Notes: a model not told the origin generated them from the sequence alone. 64,000 bases of DNA from Fimbriimonadales bacterium (GCA_041744215.1 JBGTLG010000030.1:1-64000); one strand, 5' to 3'; positions 36,565 through 47,216 are shown, counted from the first letter of the stretch. Translations and numbers: made by a program.

Positions 36565-37833
36565 TTACTGCCGACGGAACGGATTGTCTGGTAGCGGAAC
36601 CCCGAGGCTCTCGCCTGCAAGCGCGGCGTCCAGACGAAGAAGCGCCAATCCTATTCCCGACGCGCCTTGCATCAATCCCGTCTGAGCCGCAACTTCCTTC
36701 GGCCTAACCCGGTGTTCCGCGAAGCTCCAACAAATGCCTCCGTCGACCGCGATGGCTGCCCGCAAGATGTCGTCGGCGTAGGGGCGAGCAAGCGACAGCC
36801 ACCGCTCCGAGCCAGTCACGGCGTATAGGTCAACGAAAAACGACACCTTTCCGGCTGCACCGCAGCATTCGCCCAAGTTGCCCCAGTCGGTGAAGCCCTC
36901 GCCCGCGAGGACCGAACGCGCGCAGCGAATCACCCACTCAGCCCAACCCCCCTTGGGGTCTGCGGCATTTAGGGCATGAAAGGCCCGCGCGGTCCCGGTG
37001 GGCCCGTGGCACCAGCCTGAGTAGTGCAACTCCTCGCCCACCTTGCGCGGAATCATGCAGAGGTCGCCAACGGACAGCGAGATCAACCGACTGCCTCCAG
37101 CCCTCGCCGCGGTCAGGAATCGCTCCTGGCCGGTGGCTCGATAGAGGCCCGCCAAGAACGCAGCGACCCCGGCAGTTCCGTGAGAAAACCCTGGCATCTC
37201 CGCCTCGTCGCCTGGCCGAACCTTCCACGGGGGGCCCTGCTCGAGAAGCCGCTCGCCGCAGCTCACGGCCGCGTCCATCAAGCCTGGGTCGCCGAAGCGC
37301 TCGGAAAGGGCTGAGAGGCACATGCCTACGCCAGCTAGCCCAAACACGACATCCGACTCTTCCGGCAGAGAATCGATCAGCGTGCGCGCAACGACTCTCG
37401 CGTTGTCCCGATAAACCGCGGCGCGCGAGGCCAGATAGACTTCGTCAAGAACCCAAGCAATGCCCGCCAACCCCGTGTATAGCCCCGGCCGTTCCTCGCC
37501 ATGCGTGACGTGCTCCATGAGCGCATTCGCCCCCGCCATCGCCCGCGTCAGCGCGTCCTTCTCGCCAGCCCGATGTAGCCCAAGCTGGAGCAGCACGACG
37601 CCCGCGACGCCTGAGTAAAGATCGAATCGCACCTCGCCACCGGGTTCGACGGGCCAAACGGTGGAGACTCCTCGGTGAACTTCCAGCGCATCTACCCATC
37701 GACCGGCGCGCTTCGCCCCCTCAAGGTACGGCCTGCCAGAACCCATCATGCCCTGCGCCCAGGGCGGTGCTGCGGCGCGCGCTCCAAGTCCGAAAAGGCT
37801 TCGCCGCGTCACCTCTGCGTCATCGGCATCCAT
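36565..37833 (-). CDS. Stand-alone LanC-like (lanthionine synthetase C) protein
   Basis: Seven GxxG repeats: YSGVAG, YTGLAG, FGLAG, SHGTAG, WCHGPTG, CCGAAG, MQGASG. Confidence 0.85.
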   Translation of the reverse strand: MDADDAEVTRRSLFGLGARAAAPPWAQGMMGSGRPYLEGAKRAGRWVDALEVHRGVSTVWPVEPGGEVRFDLYSGVAGVVLLQLGLHRAGEKDALTRAMAGANALMEHVTHGEERPGLYTGLAGIAWVLDEVYLASRAAVYRDNARVVARTLIDSLPEESDVVFGLAGVGMCLSALSERFGDPGLMDAAVSCGERLLEQGPPWKVRPGDEAEMPGFSHGTAGVAAFLAGLYRATGQERFLTAARAGGSRLISLSVGDLCMIPRKVGEELHYSGWCHGPTGTARAFHALNAADPKGGWAEWVIRCARSVLAGEGFTDWGNLGECCGAAGKVSFFVDLYAVTGSERWLSLARPYADDILRAAIAVDGGICWSFAEHRVRPKEVAAQTGLMQGASGIGLALLRLDAALAGESLGVPLPDNPFRRQ

Positions 37834-38098
37834 TCAGCGATGTTACCGGCGATGGATTTCCTGGCATCAGCGTACAAAGGGCGGCCCGTTCACTTTCCAA
37901 CCTCATCTTGTCGCCGCGTGCGCTCTCTGGGTCGCTATAGAACGCTTCTGCGGCGCAGGTCGCCCGTGGTGCAGGCTTGCACTTCCTGCGTCGTAAGCGA
38001 CGCTAACCGGTCGCCAATGGAATCAACGGCAGAGGAGTCGGAGCTTGGAGCGAAAATCGCGCTTCGATTCTTCGGACGTTCTGCTGCTTGGCGGCCGT

Positions 38099-40873
38099 TT
38101 ATCCGAATTTCTCAGGCTGCGCTGAGAGCAACACTTCTTGCGCGGCGTGTAATGCCTCCGGGATCTTGCTCGCGTCCTTTCCTCCCGCTTGGGCGAATTG
38201 GGGCGAGCCACCGCCGCCACCACCGGCAATCTTTGCGACTTCACGAACGATGTTGCCTGCGTGCGCTCCGTTCTTAAGCGCGTCCTTCCCGACTTTGCAG
38301 AAGAACATGACCTTTCCATCCTCTTTGAGCGCGACGACGGCGACGGCGGTATCGTCGTTTTCGACGAGTTTGTCTGCTGCAAGCTTCGCCGCCTCTTGAC
38401 CACCAATCGAAACTGTTTGCGTTTTGAGCGCAAATGGCCCTACCGCCTTTGTTTCTGCGGATTCTTGTGCTGCCGAACCCGCGAGTAGCTGCTCCCGTTC
38501 GCGGCGAAGCTCTCGCAGCTGCTCTTGTAGTCTGTCGATCGCGCGTGGCAGTTCGATTGCGTTCGATTTTAGCTTTCGCGCAGCCGCTTGGAGAAGTCGT
38601 TCTTCGCTCTTAGCCCATTCGTAAGCCCCGATGCCCGTGACCGCTTCGATGCGACGGACTCCGCTCGCACTTGATGATTCGCTGATCACTTTAAACATTC
38701 CGATCTCAGCGCTGTTTGCGACATGGATTCCGCCGCAGAGCTCCAAGCTGTAGTCACCGACTTCAATCATGCGGACGCTATCGCCATACTTTTCGCCGAA
38801 GAGCATCATTGCACCGCGCTTTCGCGCTTCCTCGATCGATACATTCTCATAGGCAGCGACGGGTATCGCTTCAGCAATCTTCTCGTTCACTGCGCGTTCG
38901 ACCACTTCGATCTCCTCTTGCTTCATGGCTTCGCCATGGGTGAAGTCGAATCGGAGTCGATCTGGCGCGACGAGTGAACCGGCTTGAGTGACATGCTTTC
39001 CGAGTGTGCTCCTGAGCGCAGCGTGCAAAAGATGAGTTCCCGTGTGGTTCCGAGTGATGTGCTTGCGCCGTTGTTCGTCGACTTCCGCTATGACGGGCCT
39101 TGAAAGCATTCCGGTGTTTAGATACTGCGCAATGGATTCCGCGCCCAGGCCCCTCAATGGAGCAGGCGCCGTTCCAAACTTGATGAGTTTGCAGTCGTGC
39201 CATATGAGGCCGAGTTCCTTCCAAGTGTCAATGACCTCAAACTCGCATTCATCATTGTAGATTCGACCCGTGTCGCCCACTTGTCCGCCGGATTCAGGAT
39301 AGAACGGAGTCCGGTCCAATGAGATTTGAAAGTCCCCGGTGCTCAAACCGTCTTTGCCGAATCGAGGGCTGATCTGCATGATTGTAGCGTCTGCCTCTGA
39401 CGCATCGTAGCCGAGGAACTCTGTGTAGGGCTTTGCGTCTTTTGCGACTGTAAGCACGACTGCTTCATCATCGCCGCCGAACACATTGTGGGCTCCTTGT
39501 GCTGAACGAGATCTCTCTTGCGCCTCTTTCATGCATGCATCGAAGACTTCAGAATCCACGACCATGTCGTGTTCCGCTGCAAGTTCAACTGTTACTTCGA
39601 GGGGAAAGCCGTATGTGTCGTACAGGAAGAATGCCTCATCCCCTGGAAAGCTCTTTTGCTTGCCAATCCGCTCCATTGTTTCGGCGAAGCGCTCCATGCC
39701 CTCTGCTAGCGTTCTGCGAAATGCGTCCTCTTCGTTTTTTAGTGTCGTGAGAATGACATCTGATCGCTCTTCAAGTTCGACGTAGGGATCACCAAGCGCA
39801 TCGACGACCGCCGGAAAGATGTGTTGGAGAAAGGGTCGGTCGAAACCTAGGACGCGCTGGCCCTTTAGCACAGTTCTGCGAATGAGTCTTCTTAACACGT
39901 AACCGCGACCTGTGTTTGAAGGGAGTATGCCGTCAGCGATGCAGAAGCACGCCGTGCGCATATGATCAGCGATGATACGGATTGCGCGCGTTTTATGCGC
40001 CTCCTCGTAGTATCGCGCTCCCGACATAGCGCAAATCTTCTCGACGATCGGCATAAAGACATCGGTCTGGTAGACGTCGGTCAGTCCTTCGATCGCGGCT
40101 GCTGTTCTTTCAAGTCCGCTGCCCGTGTCGATACTCTTCGATGGCAAGGGGTCCATTCCGCGCTTCAGGAATCCCATATGCGGTTGCGCCGGATTTTTGA
40201 GTTCCCCCTTCCACTCAAATTGCATGAATACGAGATTCCAAATCTCGAGCCATCGACCGGCCTCGTCGTCGCGCTTGAAGTCTCCGGAAAGCTGTGTGTC
40301 TGGCACCATCTGGTAAAAGATCTCGCTGCACGGACCGCACGGGCCCGGCGGTCCGTTGCTAAACGCACCCGCGGGCCAGTAGTTCTTATCTTCGCCCAAT
40401 CGGTGAATTCGCTTCGTTGGGTCGAACCCTGCCTCCCTCCAAATCGGTTCCCATAGTGCAAAAGCTTCGTCGTCGTCCTCGAAAACTGTGACGCAGAGTT
40501 TTTTCGGGTCGAGACCCAACCAGTCCGCCGAAGTCAGGAACTCCCACGCCCACTCGATGGCTTCCTTCTTGAAATAGTCGCCAAAAGAGAAGTTGCCGAG
40601 CATCTCGAAGAAGGTTAGGTGCGAGGGGTTGCCGACCTCTTCGATGTCGACCGCGCGAACGCACTTTTGGCTGTCTACGAGACGAGGGTGCGGTGGCTTC
40701 GCGACCGCACGGAAGTACGGCTTGAACTGCACCATACCTGCTCCTGTAAAGAGCAGGGTTTCGTCGAGCTTCCCAGTCACGTCAATAGGCACGAGGGGAG
40801 CTGAAGGATGTAGGAGGTGATCCTTCGACTGGAAGAACTCGATGAACTTGGCTCGAAGCTGACGGGCGTTCAT
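38099..40873 (-). CDS. alaS: Alanine--tRNA ligase
   Basis: HLTFFEMLGNFSFGDYFK, GPCGPCSEI, NHTGTHLLH, ELCGGIHV, GGGGG. Confidence 0.98.
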   Translation of the reverse strand: MNARQLRAKFIEFFQSKDHLLHPSAPLVPIDVTGKLDETLLFTGAGMVQFKPYFRAVAKPPHPRLVDSQKCVRAVDIEEVGNPSHLTFFEMLGNFSFGDYFKKEAIEWAWEFLTSADWLGLDPKKLCVTVFEDDDEAFALWEPIWREAGFDPTKRIHRLGEDKNYWPAGAFSNGPPGPCGPCSEIFYQMVPDTQLSGDFKRDDEAGRWLEIWNLVFMQFEWKGELKNPAQPHMGFLKRGMDPLPSKSIDTGSGLERTAAAIEGLTDVYQTDVFMPIVEKICAMSGARYYEEAHKTRAIRIIADHMRTACFCIADGILPSNTGRGYVLRRLIRRTVLKGQRVLGFDRPFLQHIFPAVVDALGDPYVELEERSDVILTTLKNEEDAFRRTLAEGMERFAETMERIGKQKSFPGDEAFFLYDTYGFPLEVTVELAAEHDMVVDSEVFDACMKEAQERSRSAQGAHNVFGGDDEAVVLTVAKDAKPYTEFLGYDASEADATIMQISPRFGKDGLSTGDFQISLDRTPFYPESGGQVGDTGRIYNDECEFEVIDTWKELGLIWHDCKLIKFGTAPAPLRGLGAESIAQYLNTGMLSRPVIAEVDEQRRKHITRNHTGTHLLHAALRSTLGKHVTQAGSLVAPDRLRFDFTHGEAMKQEEIEVVERAVNEKIAEAIPVAAYENVSIEEARKRGAMMLFGEKYGDSVRMIEVGDYSLELCGGIHVANSAEIGMFKVISESSSASGVRRIEAVTGIGAYEWAKSEERLLQAAARKLKSNAIELPRAIDRLQEQLRELRREREQLLAGSAAQESAETKAVGPFALKTQTVSIGGQEAAKLAADKLVENDDTAVAVVALKEDGKVMFFCKVGKDALKNGAHAGNIVREVAKIAGGGGGGSPQFAQAGGKDASKIPEALHAAQEVLLSAQPEKFG

Positions 40874-40962
40874 GGGTGGCAGTGCGGAAGTTACCCTGTA
40901 GATGGCTGAGGCTTCTCGGTCAGCACCTCCGTCTTTTAGGTGATTAGGAGGTAACTCACCCT

Positions 40963-41226
40963 ATGTGGACGGTGTTGTCTATTGCGTTGTCCGCCGTATC
41001 GTTAGTATGCGCGATCATCATCTTGATCGACGCGTTCCAGGACGAGGTTTGGAAGGGACTCGTTGGACTGCTTTGCGGCCTCTACCTGCTCTACTACGCT
41101 ATCGTGGAGTTCGATCATCCAAACAAGTGGTTGATCATCATCGGTTGGCTTGCTTCTGGCATTATCGGTGGGATTATCTACAGCATGTTCGTTGCCGCAG
41201 CGGCCTTAGCAGGGACACCCATGTAG
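40963..41226 (+). CDS. Small membrane protein
   Basis: SD AGGAGG; three hydrophobic segments. Confidence 0.7.
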   Translation: MWTVLSIALSAVSLVCAIIILIDAFQDEVWKGLVGLLCGLYLLYYAIVEFDHPNKWLIIIGWLASGIIGGIIYSMFVAAAALAGTPM

Positions 41227-42465
41227 TCAGGAAGTCGGTCCGTCGTAACAGCCCAGGAAGAGGATTACTCCTGTCTCATCGTCAATGATCGAGTACAGGA
41301 AAGGGCGAACTGCGTTGAAGGAGAAGGTCTTCTCAGGCTCCATGGGTGCAGAGCCGACCTTCATTTCGATCGCGGTCACCGCCGCAGCTTCTGTTCCCTT
41401 CTCAGCGACGTCCACGAATGTCTTGTGGAGAACTCGGCTGATCCATATGGTGTCGGACTTGAAGATCGCTTTGAAGTCCGCGTGCTGCTCGAAAGGCAGC
41501 GTCATTCCGAGGGATTGTAGAATTGGCTTCAGGTCCGCTTCGAATCGCGTGGTGAACTTGGGCAGGTTGATGTGCCCCTTTGCATCGGTCATAGAACCGA
41601 TGAACGTGGCCCACGTTGGAGCGGAGAGTTCCCTCGTGATTTTCTCAAGGTCGCCTTTTGGCAGAAGGATGACCATCGATGCCCTGCCGCCCTTGTAAGC
41701 CATGCGAATGGCCTGGAACTCATCCGTTTCGACGTACGGCACAGTCCCCATGCGATACATCATCTGTACCGTCGTTTTGTCCCCATTCGCCTTAGTGAAG
41801 GGCCGCTCTCGGGTTCCGTCAGGATCGAATTCGCGAACCCACTTTGCATTGAAGTAGATCGCGTTGCAGATGAGCATCTGCCCTTGCAGCTCGTCCACAA
41901 GCCTAGGAATCTTGCCGTTGGTCGCTCGGCTGGCCCAATCGTTGATGTCGGCAATCGCTGCAGGGTTCTTGAAATCGAGGCTTTGGATCTCCGCGCCATA
42001 GAACTTTGCGTTTAGATCCAGGAACGGTTGCTCAAACGGTGTGCTGTCGTCGGCGAAGATTGCGTTGGCGACGTCGAGTCGGAAGTCGTCCTTGCGCTCT
42101 ATAAGACGCGGCCAGAGGTCAGCGTTGGCAAGATTGAGTGCTTCGATGGGCAAGTCACTTAGACCCAGGGTTCTGCTCATCTGCTCTTGGGTTTCTCCAC
42201 CTGCGCCGTTTAGCGCCATCTGCAGAGCGACAGATAGCGACGCTGGCGAGAAGAATGTTCCAGGAGTGGAGTCGGCGCGGATTCGCCGCAGCAGTTGAAA
42301 GGCGAAGTCGTTGTTCGCCACGGCGATTGCTTCGAGGCTGCCCTTAGGGGCGATTTGGCGAGAGACCTGGTTCATGTTGGAGTTTGAGAGATGCTGATGC
42401 ACGGTGTTAGAGTCGATATGGGCATTGCAGCCGAACAGTAAGACGGCCAGAGGGGCGAATCTCAT
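41227..42465 (-). CDS. Serpin family protease inhibitor, lipoprotein
   Basis: Lipobox LFGC; FSPAS, NAIYFNAKW, hinge EKGTEAAAVT, RPFLY. Confidence 0.93.
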   Translation of the reverse strand: MRFAPLAVLLFGCNAHIDSNTVHQHLSNSNMNQVSRQIAPKGSLEAIAVANNDFAFQLLRRIRADSTPGTFFSPASLSVALQMALNGAGGETQEQMSRTLGLSDLPIEALNLANADLWPRLIERKDDFRLDVANAIFADDSTPFEQPFLDLNAKFYGAEIQSLDFKNPAAIADINDWASRATNGKIPRLVDELQGQMLICNAIYFNAKWVREFDPDGTRERPFTKANGDKTTVQMMYRMGTVPYVETDEFQAIRMAYKGGRASMVILLPKGDLEKITRELSAPTWATFIGSMTDAKGHINLPKFTTRFEADLKPILQSLGMTLPFEQHADFKAIFKSDTIWISRVLHKTFVDVAEKGTEAAAVTAIEMKVGSAPMEPEKTFSFNAVRPFLYSIIDDETGVILFLGCYDGPTS

Positions 42466-42524
42466 AGTGGTTAGTGTATCCGACTAGCTCCATGGTTCAG
42501 CGATCGGAGGGTAGATTCTGCCTT

Positions 42525-43328
42525 ATGACGACCGCGCTTCTGAAATGGCGCTCGCTCTTTGGCATCTATATGCAGGAGAGTTTGGCCTATCGCGCCAGTG
42601 CGGTCATCTGGATCCTTACTGATACGCTACCAGCGATGATTATGCCTTTAGTGTTCATCTCAGCGATGGCGCCCGGAGGACAGATATCAGGATTCACGGC
42701 TGCGGACTTCGTTTCTTACTACCTAACGATGTTGCTGCTGACGAACTTCATCACCAGTCACATCATGTGGGACTTAGCATATGAGATACGCGACGGAGCC
42801 TTTACAGTGCATCTGGTTCGCCCGATCAGCTATTTTCAGGTTGCTTTCATTCGCAACTTGACGTGGAGGGTTATGCGGGTGATGTTATTCGCGCCCTTCT
42901 TCCTCCTCTTCCTGTGGGGTTTCCAAGGCTATCTTCAAGGGTTTACGCCGTACTTCGGATGGGAGGTGTGGGTCGCAGTCGTACTGGGGCACCTGGTCAG
43001 CTTTACTTTCATTTTATGGATGGCGATGCTTGCGCTCGTATTCACAGAGATTCAGAGCATCTTCGGGCTCTACTACATCCCAATGCTCTTCTTGAGCGGG
43101 CAGTTGTTTCCGATCCAGCTTCTTCCAGATTGGGCATCCCTAATCGCAAAGTTCTTTCCGTTCTACTACACAACCGCTATGCCGACGGAACTGATCGTTG
43201 GGAGAATCTCGCCAGATCAGGCGCATTCGTTCATTCTCGCGCAGGTCGGGTTTATAGTTATGCAAACCTTCGTCGCAAGGCTGCTATGGAGATGGGGCTT
43301 GCGTTTCTACACAGGAGTCGGAATGTAA
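42525..43328 (+). CDS. ABC-2 family transporter permease
   Basis: LAYR, EIRDGA....LVRPI, SGQLFPI..LP.W, FY.GVG. Confidence 0.85.
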   Translation: MTTALLKWRSLFGIYMQESLAYRASAVIWILTDTLPAMIMPLVFISAMAPGGQISGFTAADFVSYYLTMLLLTNFITSHIMWDLAYEIRDGAFTVHLVRPISYFQVAFIRNLTWRVMRVMLFAPFFLLFLWGFQGYLQGFTPYFGWEVWVAVVLGHLVSFTFILWMAMLALVFTEIQSIFGLYYIPMLFLSGQLFPIQLLPDWASLIAKFFPFYYTTAMPTELIVGRISPDQAHSFILAQVGFIVMQTFVARLLWRWGLRFYTGVGM

Positions 43329-45041
43329 TCAGGTACTCCTGGTGCGCTCGTTGATGACCATATGCGCTACTTTTGCACCAAGCTCATCGAGAATCATGTC
43401 CTCGCCCTTCTCTTCTCGCCTCCACTTGACTTCGGCTTTGCCTTCCGGAACCCCTCGACCGCATACAACCCGAATCGGATATCCGATCAAGTCCGCGTCT
43501 TTGAATTTTGCGCCGGCGCGCTCGGTCCTGTCGTCGAGGAGCGCATCGATCCCCTGGGCTTGCAGATCTGTATAGATTTGTTCTGCGGCAGATAGTTGCT
43601 CCTGATCCTCCGCGTTCGCGACGATCACAACTACCTCGAAAGGCGCTATGGACATGGGCCAGATAACTCCATTGTCATCGTTGTGCACCTCCGCGACGGC
43701 CTGCATCGAACGACCAACCCCGAGTCCGTAACAGCCCATCACGATCGCCTTCTCTTTGCCTTCGCCGTCGTCGAAGTGGGCGCGCATGGCCGCGCTGTAC
43801 TTGGTGCCCAGTTGGAAGATGTGACCGACTTCGATTCCTCGCACCTCGCGCAGAACTCCTCCCGAAATGGCTGGATCGCCATCCAAAGCCACGCGGATGT
43901 CTTCCCACTTGTCGACCTTAAAATCACGGTCGTGCGCGGCATTCACGTAGTGCTTGTTGTCTGAGTTCGCCCCGACAACGTAGCCGTTTCGCGACTGCAA
44001 TTCTTGATCCGCAATCACTTCGACACCTGAGAGGTTGATTGGGCCAGCGAAGCCAACGTCAGCACCCGTTATCTGTCGGACTTCGTCGGCATGCATCATC
44101 GTGACACTCTCAACACCGAGCCTACGCGCCAACTTCTGCGCGTTCAAGTCTCTGTCTCCCCGTACTAACGCGGCGATCCGTCGCTCACCGGCCTTCACCA
44201 ATAGCGTTTTGATTAGTCGATCAGGGTTTATAGCGAGCATGCCAGTGACTTCCTTCACCGTTCGCGCGTTCGGCGTATCTACGAGCTCTGCTTCTGGAAC
44301 TCCTGCAGCAGACGCAAGCGTATAGCTCCCACCGATGTCGCAGCGCTCCGCGTTCGCCGAGATTCCCGTCTTGTCGTCGCGAAGCACGCTGTCCTCACCT
44401 GCGTCAGCGATGACCATGAACTCGTGATTTCGTCCACCGCCGATGTCGCCTGCCTCAGCTTCGCACACCAGCGTTTCGAGCCCGATGCGCCTAAACATTT
44501 CATCAAAAGCGTGCCACATGCGGTCATAGCTGACATCGCAATGGGCGTCGTCGGGATCAAAGCTGTATGCGTCCAGCATGATGAACTCCTTGCATCTGAT
44601 GAGACCTGCACGAGGTCGCGGCTCGTCGCGAAACTTGGTTTGAATTTGATAGAGTGTTATCGGCAGGTCGCGGTAGGAGTGCAAGTAGTTCCGAGCGATG
44701 TCCGTGATGATCTCTTCGTGCGTAAAACCAAGCGCAAAGTTTCTTCCAGTACGGTCGGTTGTCGGAAAGAGGACGTCGACTTTGTCGCGGCCCGTTTCTT
44801 GAAGGAGTTCAAATGGAACGAGGGTGGGCATCAGCAACTCCACGCAGTTTGCCTTTGCACACTCTGCACGCAGAATCGCTTTGATCTTCTCGATTACCTT
44901 TAGCCCGAGCGGCAGATAGTTGTATACGCCGGCTGACTGCTGCCGAATGAACCCGCCTCGTAGCAAGAGGCGATGGCTCACAACAGTCGCGTCTGCGGGC
45001 ACCTCGCGCAGAGTCGGAAGGAAGTAGCGGGTTGCTCTCAT
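43329..45041 (-). CDS. proS: Proline--tRNA ligase
   Basis: SHRLLLRGGFIRQ, FRDEPRPRAGL, GIEVGHIFQLG, MGCYGLG. Confidence 0.98.
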   Translation of the reverse strand: MRATRYFLPTLREVPADATVVSHRLLLRGGFIRQQSAGVYNYLPLGLKVIEKIKAILRAECAKANCVELLMPTLVPFELLQETGRDKVDVLFPTTDRTGRNFALGFTHEEIITDIARNYLHSYRDLPITLYQIQTKFRDEPRPRAGLIRCKEFIMLDAYSFDPDDAHCDVSYDRMWHAFDEMFRRIGLETLVCEAEAGDIGGGRNHEFMVIADAGEDSVLRDDKTGISANAERCDIGGSYTLASAAGVPEAELVDTPNARTVKEVTGMLAINPDRLIKTLLVKAGERRIAALVRGDRDLNAQKLARRLGVESVTMMHADEVRQITGADVGFAGPINLSGVEVIADQELQSRNGYVVGANSDNKHYVNAAHDRDFKVDKWEDIRVALDGDPAISGGVLREVRGIEVGHIFQLGTKYSAAMRAHFDDGEGKEKAIVMGCYGLGVGRSMQAVAEVHNDDNGVIWPMSIAPFEVVVIVANAEDQEQLSAAEQIYTDLQAQGIDALLDDRTERAGAKFKDADLIGYPIRVVCGRGVPEGKAEVKWRREEKGEDMILDELGAKVAHMVINERTRST

Positions 45042-45150
45042 GAAGGGGACATTATAATCCGGCGACCGAATCAGCCCTCCGCTCTCCCACGGGCCCCCGC
45101 GCAGTTTGAGCCGCGGCTTGTGTCGGTAGCTTCGCCATAATTGCAGACCA

Positions 45151-46491
45151 GTGTTCGAAAATCTCACCCAAAAACTGACCGGAATCTTCGGCCGCCTGAA
45201 GAGAAAGGGACGGCTCTCAGAGAGCGATGTCGACGACGTGATGCGAGAGGTTCGCGTGGCGTTGCTCGAGGCGGACGTTAATCTCAAGGTTGCGAAGGAG
45301 TTCGTCGCCCACGTGAAGGAGAAGTTGGTAGGGGAGCAGGTTTGGGAGAGTCTGCAACCTGACGAGATGATCCTGAAGACAGTCCATGACGAGATCGTCG
45401 AGCTGCTAGGCAAGGACCCGCCACGCATCTCCTGGAGCCCTTCCCCTCCGACCGCGATCCTGCTGTGCGGCTTGCAGGGCTCTGGAAAGACGACGACTGC
45501 CGCCAAGCTAGCCGTATGGCTGGAGAAGCAGGGCAAGAAGGCGATACTCGCGGCGTGCGACACCCAGCGACCCGCCGCTATCACGCAGCTCGAAGTGCTG
45601 GGGGAGTCTATTGGTGTCCCCGTCTTTTCCGACCACCAGTCCAAAGATCCAGTGGACATCGCCCGAAGGGCGATGGTGGAGGCGAAGCGGCTGTTTCTCG
45701 ATGCAGTGATCGTCGATACCGCTGGCCGCCTGCAGATTGACGAGGAATTGATGGACCAGGTACGACGCGTTCACGACGCCGTCAGGCCGACCGAGGTGTT
45801 CTTCGTTGCGGATTCCACTACTGGCCAGGAGGCCGTCAACGTCGCTCAGGCTTTCGACGAAAAGCTGGGCATAACAGGGCTGATCTTCACGAAACTCGAT
45901 GGCGACTCTCGGGGTGGAGCCGTGTTGTCCGTTCGGGCCGTAACTGGGAAACCGGTGAGCTTTGTCGGGGTTTCCGAAGGTGTCGATGGTCTAGAGCCCT
46001 TTATGGGGGACAGGATCGCTCAGCGGCTGTTGGGCTATGGCGATCTCATGGGGCTCGTCGAGCGGGCTCACGAGGCGATTGACCGAACTGAAGCGCGGGA
46101 ATTGGAAGAGCAGGCGAGGTCGGGGAAGATGAACTTCGAGATGATGCTCTCGAACTTCAAGATGGTTCGGAAGATGGGCTCCCTGAAGGCTGTGATGAAA
46201 ATGATTCCGGGGATGAGCCAGGTTCCGTCAGAGATTACAGAGAACATATCCGAGGCTGGATTGGGCCGGGTCGAGGCGATGATTTTGAGTATGACCCCAC
46301 AGGAGAGGCGAAATCCGGATATACTCAACGCCTCTCGGAAGCGGCGCGTCGCTGCGGGCTCGGGGACTTCGGTTCAAGAGGTCAACCGCCTCGTTAAGCA
46401 ACTGGACTCAATGCGCCAGCAGATGAAGCTGATCACCAGGATGGCAGACGCGGCTCGCACGCGCCATGGAAAGAAAGCGAAGAGAAGATAG
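45151..46491 (+). CDS. ffh: Signal recognition particle protein
   Basis: GLQGSGKTT, DTAGR, TKLDGD, M domain. Confidence 0.98.
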   Translation: MFENLTQKLTGIFGRLKRKGRLSESDVDDVMREVRVALLEADVNLKVAKEFVAHVKEKLVGEQVWESLQPDEMILKTVHDEIVELLGKDPPRISWSPSPPTAILLCGLQGSGKTTTAAKLAVWLEKQGKKAILAACDTQRPAAITQLEVLGESIGVPVFSDHQSKDPVDIARRAMVEAKRLFLDAVIVDTAGRLQIDEELMDQVRRVHDAVRPTEVFFVADSTTGQEAVNVAQAFDEKLGITGLIFTKLDGDSRGGAVLSVRAVTGKPVSFVGVSEGVDGLEPFMGDRIAQRLLGYGDLMGLVERAHEAIDRTEARELEEQARSGKMNFEMMLSNFKMVRKMGSLKAVMKMIPGMSQVPSEITENISEAGLGRVEAMILSMTPQERRNPDILNASRKRRVAAGSGTSVQEVNRLVKQLDSMRQQMKLITRMADAARTRHGKKAKRR

Positions 46492-46506
46492 GAGAACCCG
46501 AACAGA

Positions 46507-46962
46507 GTGGTACGAATTCGATTGAAAAGAATGGGGACGAAAGGCAAGCCCTACTACCGTATTGTCGCTACGCCGTCGACGGCAGCCCGAAATGGGCGGT
46601 TTATCGAGCAGCTTGGCACGTACGACCCATTGAAGAACCCAGCCGAAGTGAAGATCGACCGGGAACGGACGCTGGAGTATCTCAAGACAGGGGCGAGCGC
46701 CAGCGAGACGGTCGCTCGACTTCTCAAAAAGGAAGGGACGTGGACTGAGTGGGAAGGCGCAAAACCCGCAGAGAAGCCCAGGAAGAAGGCAACGAAAGCG
46801 CGCGTCAAGCCACCGAAACCTGCGCCAAAGCCGAAGAAAGTCAAAAAGGTGGAGGAGCCGGTGCCAGAAGAAACCCCGCTGGGGGCTCCTATAGAAGAAA
46901 CTGGAGTCGAGGCCGAGGCAACGGCCGAAGAGCCTCAAGCCGAGGCGCCAGCGGAGGAGTAG
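46507..46962 (+). CDS. rpsP: 30S ribosomal protein S16 with long C-terminal tail
   Basis: VRIRLKRMG..GKPYYRIV..R.GRFIE.LG.YDP. Confidence 0.97.
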   Translation: MVRIRLKRMGTKGKPYYRIVATPSTAARNGRFIEQLGTYDPLKNPAEVKIDRERTLEYLKTGASASETVARLLKKEGTWTEWEGAKPAEKPRKKATKARVKPPKPAPKPKKVKKVEEPVPEETPLGAPIEETGVEAEATAEEPQAEAPAEE

Positions 46963-46965
46963 CAT

Positions 46966-47205
46966 ATGGATTACGAACCAATCGTTGAATACTGCGTGAA
47001 GAAACTCGTCACTGAACCGGACGAGGTCGAGATTGAGGTCAAGACCCAGCGCAACATGACTCAGATTGAGGTTCAAGTCGCCCCCGACGATGTTGGAAAG
47101 GTTATTGGTCGCAATGGTCGGGTCATCAACACTTTGCGGCACTTGGTCAACGTCCTTGGCGCAGAGGATCGTGATAAAGTTTTTGTCAAAATCATCACTC
47201 GTTAG
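46966..47205 (+). CDS. khpA: KH domain RNA-binding protein
   Basis: DVGKVIGRNGR; located between rpsP and rimM. Confidence 0.9.
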   Translation: MDYEPIVEYCVKKLVTEPDEVEIEVKTQRNMTQIEVQVAPDDVGKVIGRNGRVINTLRHLVNVLGAEDRDKVFVKIITR

Positions 47206-47216
47206 CTCGGTGTTCC

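Noticed and set aside
45042-45659. N-terminal extension of proS to 776 aa
   Set aside because: It overlaps ffh antisense; ProRS homology starts at MRATRYFL (45041), just behind a TATAAT box.
46750-46962. Lys/Pro/Glu-rich tail of S16 as a novelty
   Set aside because: Long low-complexity S16 tails are known in several phyla.
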